NCBI RefSeq assembly: GCF_046119375.1
Contig: NW_027362769.1
Location: 384,338,001 to 384,402,000 of the forward strand
DNA: 64,000 nt
Source: Phyllobates terribilis
Lineage: Eukaryota
Reading direction: 5' to 3'
The position numbers were made by a program, and so were the translations under genes. Shown here in pieces: positions 54,701 through 64,000 of the stretch. Below the pieces are notes generated by a model. The model was given only the letters and a program-made list of their open reading frames with translations, had not been told where the DNA came from and did not search any database. The stretch's first letter is position 1. Each line of letters opens with the position of its first letter.

Positions 54701-55340
54701 GATAGGGGGGTCTCATCTCAGCATGTGAGGGGGTGTTACTAGTATATGATCTCTGGGGGTCCGGTCTTTGGGACCCCACTAATCCTAAGAATGAAGGACC
54801 CCAGTGTTGCCCTGGTGCTTTTCAAGTGACTGGACTTCAAAGAGCGAGCGCTGCTCAGCAGGAAAAAACAACCGCACTGTGGCTTCTTCATTCACAGTAG
54901 GGGTCCCAGTGGTCGGACCCCCAGGGATCATTAAGTATCAGTATCATGTCCCGGACTGAGATGGGAACGCCCCTTTAAAGGGTGAGAGCCCGGTTCTGCC
55001 CTGAGTGGAGCCACTGTTATTTTACCAGCAGCTTTGGCTGTGACTGGAGGGGCTGCTTTCTGCCTACAGCTGTGTTTTCTGCCTCCTCACAGCGAGCTGA
55101 ACACCCAGCGCTTCGAGGTCAGCCATGTCCACAAGGTGGAGTGCGTGGTCCCGTGGCTGAACGACGCCCTGGTCTTCTTCACCGTCTCGCTGCAGCTCTG
55201 CCAGCAACTCAAGGACAAGGTGCGTGTCCTCCCATCTGTCGCCACAGACCTCCCGGCCTCCGGGGGCGCTGCTGACCGGCGCTGTTTCTCCTCCACAGAT
55301 CTCCATATTCTCCAGCTACTGGAACTTCCGAGCGTATTGA
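48711..55340 (+). CDS. ROGDI: Protein rogdi homolog (Rabconnectin-3/RAVE-associated), 11 exons, 867 nt, 288 aa, intact
   Basis: Exons: 48711-48758, 52056-52127, 52767-52849, 52940-52994, 53099-53179, 53315-53410, 53493-53591, 53757-53870, 54556-54605, 55093-55219, 55299-55340 (TGA). Motifs [84 protein letters not shown]. Confidence 0.96.
49915..51670. repeat. 43-bp purine-rich minisatellite (about 40 copies) in ROGDI intron 1
   Basis: Unit agaagcctcgtaggagagggatagaggagaggtgcagcgcggg. Explains the 443-661 aa minus-strand ORFs. Confidence 0.95.
52370..52690. repeat. About 50-bp C-rich minisatellite in ROGDI intron 2
   Basis: Unit ccctccaggcccctgtgcctgccctgtggaccccttagtccgtcctccaa, about 6 decaying copies. 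Confidence 0.85.
53847..54523 (+). repeat. 48-bp minisatellite spanning the ROGDI exon 8/intron 8 junction (14 donor copies)
   Basis: Unit gctctgcagcccaactccaccaag|gtgagacactgacacgaccccgca. AAG|GT at 53870 + 48n, up to 54494. Confidence 0.97.
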
Positions 55341-56042
55341 GTCTGGCTGACGGCAGCCATGATGGGAGAAGCGCGGCGGCGCCTCCTCGGGGGTATGTCT
55401 GCTCCCAGCATGGACTGTGGTTCGCTGGATGGGGCTGGCCCTGGCCTGTAGGACCCTCAGTGTGTAACGTCCTCACGTCGGCGACCCTCTGCGTCCGGGC
55501 CGAGCATGCACGTCGTCATGTGATGTACATTCCTTATTATTTATTACATTCAGCGGGTAAGAAGGGAATCGTCCATATTCTCAGTGCAATACGGGGTCAG
55601 CGGGGCGGCCACCGCTCCTGCACAGGTAGTCGTCCGGCTTTCCCAAACTCCTGCGTGTCACATCTGCAGCAGACATACCCTACTCCCTGCCAGGGGGTCG
55701 CTCTCATTCATAGCCATAAATGCTGGAAAGTGATCTCTACTTTGTGCTGCAAATCTCGAGCATGCTTGCTGTAAAGCTGCAGTTACCATGTTCTGACACC
55801 AGGTGGCGCCAGTGTAGTTTTTTTTTTCCCCTTCTATTGTCTGTGTCCATGCCCCTCCTGTTCTCTGTATACTGTCTGTCCTTTTATATACAGTAGAGCT
55901 GTCTTTATGTAGCCACGAGGAACAAGATGACACCTGCACTCCCCTCCCCCGACCGCGCGGCACTATTCACCATCACTTTTATCGTCACCGTCCGCTCACT
56001 TATGTTCTTCCTTTGTAAATAGAGTAATGGAAATGTGCTTGA

Positions 56043-56048
56043 AATAAA
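56043..56048 (+). terminator. ROGDI polyadenylation signal (probable)
   Basis: First AATAAA about 700 nt after the ROGDI stop, followed by a T-rich tract. Confidence 0.65.
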
Positions 56049-56500
56049 GAGACGAGTCTCCGCTTATGAATCTTTTATTGTCTCCGGTCCTGAAGTTGCA
56101 CCTGGTTCCCCCTGCGCCGAACAACGAGAGGGAGACAATGGCGAATTACAACAGAGCGGTATGAAGAGGGTGCGGGGGTTCAGTCTAAGGGCTGATGTGA
56201 TGTCCAAAATCACGTGGAATAATCAGTGAGATATTATAACATATGTGTAATTCCTGCAGCCACCACCAGGGGGAGCTCATTGCTGCCACCTGAATAGGAC
56301 AGTGTGCGTGGGCTCCCTCTGGTGGTGGCTGCAGGTATGGAGAATTATATCTTCCCTCTATGCAGGAGATTTGGAACTAAAAACGGAGCGATAAATATAT
56401 ATTAGGACATAGTATTTGCTTTAAAGTTGGAATTACACTTTACATACAGCTTCATCCATGCGGAACCAACACCCGATACGGGAGGTAGTGCTCTGATAAC

Positions 56501-56711
56501 TTAAAGGGGTCATTCAGGATTAGAAAAAAAAAATATGTGGTGGCTTTCGTCTAGAAACAGCACCACCCCCTGTCTACAGGTTGTGTCTGGTATTGCAGCT
56601 CGCCTCTACAGGTTGTGTGTGGTACTGCAGTTTATTCCCATCCACTTTTATAGACAGGGGTGGCGCTGTGTCTGGAAGAATAAAGCTGTTTTTGTAATCC
56701 TGGAAACCCCC
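56501..56711. mobile_element. Kolobok/T2-MITE-like element
   Basis: ttaaaggggtcattcaggatta ... taatcctggaaacccccc imperfect TIRs with a TTAA-AGG start. Internal ctacaggttgtgt duplication. Confidence 0.55.
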
Positions 56712-58158
56712 CGACCTTCTGGCATTTTCCAATCACATCCAAAACGGGTTTTTTTCACTTTAGCTTTCTGTGTGAACAGAGGGCAAGATCTGATCTGGTA
56801 TAACGGGTTTTCTTAGTGTGGATAATTAACACTCACGTATAACATTTCTCCCACCTCCTCCACATTCCTGCTGCTTTATCGCTGCCGCTGACCTTTGATT
56901 TGCAGCTCGATCTTTCACTTTCCTTCCCCCTCCACCATCCGCTTCCTAAATCTGATCTCCATGTGCATTCAGATAGAAGGAACTGCCTGCGCTCTCTTAC
57001 ACCGCCTAGTGGTGAATACGGGAATTGCAGCCCTGTGTTTCTCATTGGAGCCTGGATTCTCCTCTAAGGGGATGTGAAAAATGATCTGTAAAATCCAATC
57101 ATCCCAAAATAGCAATAATTAAGGAATTATCCAGTGGGTGGGGTGGGGTGTGCCGTCCCTTAAACAGGCATGAATCAAGAAGAAATTTCATTAACTGCAT
57201 CCTTAAATGAAGGTGGTGAGGAGGGTACATTTTAGTGAGGGGCAGGAGTAAAACCCCTCACACATTCCTCTGCCCAGTGGGGGCATCCTGGCCGATCTCT
57301 TAAAGGGGTGATCTACTTTATTAAACCCTTTGTTTTATTGTAAAGCTGTGGGGTGATTGGGTTCAAAGAACTCTTTGGCCTATGCAATTTTTGATTTCAT
57401 TAAGAATTGTGTAAATGCCTCATTTTTCCTGTAGGGGCGCTGCAGCTACAGTGAACTCTGATCACAATAGCGGGAGATCATGTGATCAGGACATTTTTTA
57501 CTGTCCAAAAAAAAAAAAGACTACCCCTTTAAGGCACCCCTTTAAATGTTAAACATTGTTTTGCTTCCCAGAGGGCTCAGCGTCAGTATGGCATGGCCCG
57601 GCACGGTCCCGAACGCTAATTGTTGACTTCCAGCCAAGAAGTGGTTAACACAAAACTTGCTGTTATCACTTACAAATCAGAGTCCTCGTCACATGATGGC
57701 GGCTGAACGGATTCACATTAATGTCATTTTCTACTTTTTTTTTATTTTTTCCTCTCCACGCTATTAACCCCTCATTCCCCAACTCTTCTCTGTGCATGAA
57801 GCTCCTCCCCCTTTTTTTAAGGCTCCTCCCCTCTACATCTATGCAACAGATCTGGAGGGTCTTCAGGGGGATCAAAAGTCGCCTTCTGATTAGTCACAAA
57901 GTAGATTTTTGCACTCCCACAGGCCATGCATCTAACCAATCATAGTTGTGTCCTATCGGAGAAGAGATGCAGTGTAAAGCATGGTGGAGGGACCAAGCAG
58001 CATCATGAACTTCTGAAGGGGGAATTTTCGACTACCCTGCACCCAAATTGACAATGTAGCTGCCTCTATGGTTAAAGGGAAGTTTTCACAAATTCATAGG
58101 CAGATTTGACATTAAAAGTAAAGAAGTGAACCCCCCCGTTAAAAGACACTTGGGCCCC

Positions 58159-59270
58159 TGTGACGCGCCCCCTTGGCCGTTGGGTACTCGGCAGCCGGGC
58201 CTCTGGCTGCTTGCAGGGGATATCACGGTAGCTGGCCCGGTCCGTGACCCAGGGTAGTCAGGGAAAAGGGGTCCTTCTATTATATGTGGTTTTTGGGATT
58301 ATTCGTGACGCCACCTGTGGAATGCGGCTAAGGGGGGCCGCCGCTGCGGAGCAGTCCTCTGAGGCAGATGGTAGGGCAGCTTATGATGGAACGGCTCCCC
58401 ACAGGTGGAGAGGGCCTCAGGACAGCGTGGGGAATGTACTGGATGGTGTTGCTGGGGAGAGACGGCAGGACGGTCCCGGAGGAAGGACGGACACTCACAC
58501 GGGGGTAAGCTTCAGTACCTTTACTGGTGATGCTGCAGGCACGGTCCAGGGTACTCCAGGTGAAGGGCGCACTTCTGGACTCTCCCCAGTGAGCAGGTAT
58601 AGGGCCTCCTGATCCGTTGCTTTATTCTCTAAGCTTCTGACCTGCCTGGAACTAGGCCTAGGTCTTACTGTCTCTCTCTGCACCTGCTGACTTGGTGGTA
58701 GGGCCTTCTCTTTGGAGATCACTCTCCCTGGACGCTGAGAGCTCCGTGACTCCTAGCCCTGGTACTTTAGTCAGCTTTTGGTGAACCTGGAACCTGTAGT
58801 CCTCCAGGGGTTCCGGTGGTTCCTACTGGGTGTAAAGAGTCCCTGTAGGCGCGGACCCGGTGTCCGGTATATATACTGGGGTGAGCCTGGTATGCTCCTC
58901 TGCCCCCTCGCTTCTTCTTCCTTCTCCTCTCGCCTTCGGCCCACTCAGGGCCCTCACTAGGCCTTCACACGTGCTGTAGGCCTTGGCTCGCCTAAGCACA
59001 GCAGCCAGCGTGCTGCTCTCTTCACTGCTCTCTGAGTGTCAGCACGCTCTCTGCTCAACTCTGAGCTGTGTTCCTCTCTCTCTGAACACTAAACTGAAAC
59101 TCAACTGAGCTGCCTGGCTCCACCCTCCCTTTATATATCTCTAACGGGCTCCCTCTGCTGGTCTGAGGTGGTAGGGTGGAGGTGTGTGAATGTGTGAGGG
59201 CCTCTTGTGGAGAAGTCCATCCATGCACCCTACTGGGTTCTGTGGCACCAATGCACAGCAGGGCGCCACA
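58159..59270 (-). mobile_element. Probable solo LTR (Gypsy-like), 1112 bp
   Basis: TG...CA ends with short inverted termini (TGTGACGCG...GCGCCACA). GC-rich with no ORF. On the - strand: a TATA-like gatatataaagg near 59135 and an AGTAAA near 58520. TSD not matched. Confidence 0.55.
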
Positions 59271-60009
59271 CCTGCACTGACAGTAGGGGGTAACGGAAGG
59301 AAAAAGCCTCGGTGCCCTTCTATCCTGCAAGGCATCATGGGACCCCGCTTCTCTCTGTACTTCTTAGTCCTTTCATACAAATTGAAAAAAAGTTTTGAAA
59401 GTTTTCTAAAACTTTTATTTTTCAGTAGAATAACTTATTTGCTTTTATATATATGTTTTTTTTTTTCCATCGATTTTGACTTTAAAGCTCCCTTCACACC
59501 CAAAGCTGCATCTACAATCCTCTAAGCACAGCCAGCGGTTCTGCTTCACCCCTGATGTAACCGCACACTAACATGTGAGCCCCGATCATGCATCGTTCTC
59601 TCGCAGGAAATCCTGAATGCAGCTCTGGGTGTGAGTGGAGTAAACCACGAAGAGTGCGGTGAAAAAGATACAACATTTACAAGACACAAAATCTGAGGAC
59701 ATCTATAAGAAATCAAATTGTCTCCATCAATGAAAGATGTGATTGCGCCCTCTAGTGGTGAATAAGGTTATGGCAGCATAAATTGTAATAATCAATATCT
59801 GTTCTATTTATACAATCAATGATATTACGTCCTACATGTGATAATAATCATCACTGCGCATGAGAAAACCTCAGCGGTTCTGTTTCATTGGCTCCATTAG
59901 CTTTCTGTCAACCCAGGGATGGGTGAGATTATGGCTCCAGAGCGAGATTGTCAACCCCAACTTTCTGTTTATATTTTCTCTGTAAAAAAATGAAAAATGA
60001 CTACATTAC

Positions 60010-61735
60010 ATTACTGCTCCCTATGTACAAGAATATGACTACTATAATACTGCCCCTATGTACAAGAATATAACTACTATAATACTGCCCCTATGTACAA
60101 GAATATGACTACTATAATACTGCCCCTATGTACAAGAATATAACTACTATAATACTGCTCTCTATGTACAAGAATATAACTACTATAATACTGCTCCTAT
60201 GTACAAGAATATAACTACTATAATACTTCCCCCTATGTACAAGAATATAACTACTATAATACTGCCCCCTATGTACAAGAATATATCTACTATAATACTG
60301 CTCCTATGTACAAGAATATAACTACTATAATACTTCCCCCTATGTACAAGAATATATCTACTATAATACTGCCCCCTATGTACAAGAATATAACTACTAT
60401 AATACTGCCTCCTATGTACAAGAATATATCTACTATAATACTGCTCTCTATGTACAAGAATATAACTACTATAATACTGCCCCCTATGTACAAGAATATA
60501 TCTACTATAATACTGCCCCCTATGTACAAGAATATAACTACTATAATACTGCCTCCTATGTACAAGAATATAACTACTATAATACTGCTCTCTATGTACA
60601 AGAATATAACTACTATAATACTGCCCCTATGTACAAGAATATAACTACTATAATACTGCTCCCTATGTACAAGAATATGACTACTATAATACTGCCCCTT
60701 TGTACAAGAATATAACTACTATAATACTGCTCTCTATGTACAAGAATATAACTACTATAATACTGACCCTATGTACAAGAATATAACTACTATAATACTG
60801 CTTCCTATGTACAAGAATATGACTACTATAATACTGCCCCTTTGTACAAGAATATAACTACTATAATACTGCTCCTATGTACAAGAATATAACTACTATA
60901 ATACTGCCCCTATGTACAAGAATATAACTACTATAATACTGCCCCTATGTACAAGAATATAACTACTATAATACTGCTCCTATGTACAAGAATATAACTA
61001 CTATAATACTGCTCCTATGTACAAGAATATAACTACTATAATACTGCTCCTATGTACAAGAATATAACTACTATAGTACTGCTCCTATGTACAAGAATAT
61101 AACTACTATAATACTGCCCCCTATGTACAAGAATATAACTACTATAATACTGCCCCCTATGTACAAGAATATAACTACTATAATACTGCTCCTATGTACA
61201 AGAATATAACTACTATAATACTGCCCCTATGTACAAGAATATAACTACTATAATACTGCCCCTATGTACAAGAATATAACTACTATAATACTGCCCCTAT
61301 GTACAAGAATATAACTACTATAATACTGCTCCCTATGTACAAGAATATGACTACTATAATACTGCCCCTATGTACAAGAATATAACTACTATAATACTGC
61401 CCCTATGTACAAGAATATAACTACTATAATACTGCTCCCTATGTACAAGAATATGACTACTATAATACTGCCCCTATGTACAAGAATATAACTACTATAA
61501 TACTGCCCCTATGTACAAGAATATAACTACTATAATACTGCTCCTATGTACAAGAATATAACTACTATAATACTGCTCCTATGTACAAGAATATAACTAC
61601 TCTAATACTGCTCCTATGTACAAGAATATAACTACTATAATACTGCCCCTATGTACAAGAATATAACTACTATAATACTGCCCCCTATATACAAGAATAT
61701 AACTACTATAATACTGCCCCTATGTACAAGAATAT
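60010..61735. repeat. 35-36-bp AT-rich satellite (about 48 copies)
   Basis: Unit tatgtacaagaatataactactataatactgcccc. Confidence 0.97.
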
Positions 61736-63049
61736 AATACTATCTTCTCATTGTGTCCATGTACTGGACTCTCTTTTGTCTCCTCTTGTCCTCTCGTTAT
61801 CATTAGTGAGTTATTATGAGCTGTTATCTGTCAGTTGATTACACATTATTACGGTACATATTATTACGGTACTGATATCGCAGGCAATTTCTTGTCCTGT
61901 TTCCGCTCTGAGATAAGTCAGGCTTTGTTAGGATTGTGCTGTATGTACTGGGATGTGGCGGCACTGGAGAGCTTCCTCCTTATCTGTTATACCTGTTACT
62001 ACCTGTCGGCATTTCCTCTTGCTCCCCTCCCCCATACTCATGTGCTTTCATATGTTTATTGGGGGTTTGTCCGGGATGATGAGATTTTCGGTCATTATCC
62101 TCTCACTGATATCAATATTTCCTCCAGTCTCTGCAGCCAGAATCAAATTATTTTTTTCTATGGCTGAATGACTTGGAGAACAGAAATTGCAGCATTACTG
62201 GGAGGGTGGCGTGATATGGCGGCACTCTTTCTAGATTTATGGTATATGGTCCATGTGTCACTGGGGATTTTAATATTTCATTAGTCCTAGAATTTACTCA
62301 ATATTTTGGAGTTAGTACATCTGACTATGATAGAGTGGAAATATGGAGTAAAGACTTCCATATCGAGGGGAGGTCACAGCGTGGAGGTCACAGCGTGGCG
62401 GTCACAACGTGGAGGTCCTTGGCATCCGGGCACAACCATCAGCTTCAACAGTCCTGGATACTTTGAGTATAGGAGCTATATGGTGGTATTCCTTTTAAGT
62501 ACGGTATTTTATAGCATTGTGATTTCAGCACTCTGATGTGGAGCGATCTGGAGAGTGTACATTATGGCGGTAGTAATTGGAAACTGCGTTGTACTCTTAT
62601 TTTGGCACCAGATGGTGGCATTATTTAGGTTATTGTTTTGCAGTATTTTGGGGATAGTGTGTGACACAGTTTGGCTTTTCAAGGACCTCCTTTTCCACCA
62701 TTTCTTCTATGCTCTCAGTATGTGGCACTGTATGGCGGTTGCACGTTGGTACTCTGTCCTACACTTTATATGGCACTCTATGGCTGTATTACATGAGGGC
62801 TCTGTTCTATGGTTATTTCCGCAGTACTCTATTTGAGATTTTTTTGTACTGTATGGTGTTCTTAGGTGCACTATACTTCATTTACTTTACTCTATATGGT
62901 GGTATTCTATCAGTTTTTGGCACTGTATAGTGGTATAACATAAGTGCTATATGATACTATTATTTAGTAATGTGTGGTAGTATTAAATGGCTGCTCTACT
63001 CTACTGTTACTTTACACTCTATAGTGATACCTGGTGCTTTCTTTTACCA

Positions 63050-63530
63050 TCATTTGGTACAGTATGGCGGTATTATGTAAGTGCGCTATTCTTCTGTTAT
63101 TTACTACTTTATTTGGTACTGTATGGCGGTATTATGTAAGGGCTCTATTCTTCTGTTTACTACTTTATTTGGTATTGTATGGCGGTATTACGTAAGGGCT
63201 CTATTCTGTTTACTACTTTATTTGGTACTGTATGGCGGTATTATGTAAGGGCTCTATTCTGTTTACTACTTTATTTGGCACTGTATGGCGGTATTATGTA
63301 AGCGCTCTATTCTTCTGTTATTTACTACTTTATTTGGTACTGTATGGCGGCATTTAAGGGCTCTGTTCTGATATTTACAACTTTATTTGGTACTGTATGG
63401 CGGTATTATGTAAGTGCTCCTTTCTTCTGTTATTTACTACTTTATTTGGCACTGTATGGCGGTATTATGTAAGCGCTCTATTCTTCTGTTATTTACTACT
63501 TTATTTGGTACTGTATGATAGTAATATTTA
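63050..63530. repeat. About 55-58-bp tandem repeat; conserved core of a wider degenerate array (about 62450-63800)
   Basis: Unit tactttatttggtactgtatggcggtattatgtaagggctctattcttctgttattta, about 8 clear copies. Flanks keep tatggcggtatt-like remnants. Confidence 0.8.
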
Positions 63531-64000
63531 TGGGACATCTTGCACTGTATAGTGGTATTACTTTGGGATTGTGTCTACATCTAGTTGGTGGTGTATGGCG
63601 GTTTTATTAAGGACTCTATTCTACGGTTATTTTGGTGCTGTATAGTGGTACTAATCAGGTGCCCTATTGTGCTATTTTAGGCATGTTATGCTTGTATTAT
63701 TTGGCTGCTCTATACTACTGATATTTGGGTAAGGTATGGCGGTTACACAAATAATCAGTGTGTGGTATTTGAGCACTATGTGGCGGTATTATTTGCGCAC
63801 TATATTGCACTGATGACATCTCATACAACATAATGTGTAATTTCCCCTAAAATCCTGGAGTGTCGAGACCTAATCCAATATGGCACCCTAGGGGCGAGGT
63901 GTCTCCTCCGCCGGCGAGGCTGGCATGTCCTGTGTCTCGGTGTGCGCCAGGAATTCATTGCTTGCAGTTTGTGTCTTAGCGGAGCTGACAGATCGGTCAG

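Noticed and set aside
59597-59640. Apparent plus-strand micro-exon (cgcag|GAAATCCTGAATGCAGCTCTGGGT|gtgagt)
   Set aside because: No flanking gene to attach it to, and the text resembles a dispersed repeat fragment (tcctgaatgcagctctgg).
60010-61735. 35-36-bp repeats as a possible CRISPR array, and the hydrophobic ORF 60290-60601
   Set aside because: Units are head to tail with no unique spacers, there are no cas genes, and the context is vertebrate; the ORF is a satellite translation.
56100-64000. SMIM22 or SEPT12 orthologue expected from synteny
   Set aside because: No exon with recognisable similarity found by eye on either strand; not annotated.
63835-64000. Possible start of another LTR or promoter at the window edge
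   Set aside because: Truncated by the window; no second terminus or diagnostic motif is visible.

Overview
Amphibian genomic DNA, probably a hyloid frog (inferred from the satellite, MITE, DIRS and CR1/L2 repertoire). It keeps the vertebrate gene block PPL(+, last exon) >< UBN1(-, 17 coding exons) <> GLYR1(+, 16 coding exons) > ROGDI(+, 11 coding exons). Exons were reconstructed by hand from splice sites and remembered human protein sequences. UBN1 (1023 aa), ROGDI (288 aa) and the PPL exon are in frame. GLYR1 carries seven single-base indels in or next to short base runs, most likely consensus errors on the contig end before the 100-N gap at 38892-38991. The 9.25-kb UBN1 intron holds a nest: a CR1 fragment inside a structurally complete DIRS1-type retrotransposon (ITRs + ICR), inside a TTAA-flanked non-autonomous DNA element that also carries a palindromic MITE. 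About 15 kb of the window is tandem repeat, which explains all the giant ORFs in the track. Most notable: (1) an apparent 87-nt spliceosomal intron needed to make the DIRS Gag/ORF1 with its zinc-finger-like motif; (2) a 48-bp minisatellite that copies the ROGDI exon 8 splice donor 13 extra times, each copy carrying an in-frame stop; (3) a 2A-like (GDISPNPGP) motif at the start of an L2 ORF2; (4) four CCAAT boxes at 31-32-bp spacing in the ROGDI promoter; (5) a candidate NMD-inducing 3' UTR intron in UBN1. No prokaryotic-type system, CRISPR array, rRNA or tRNA was found.
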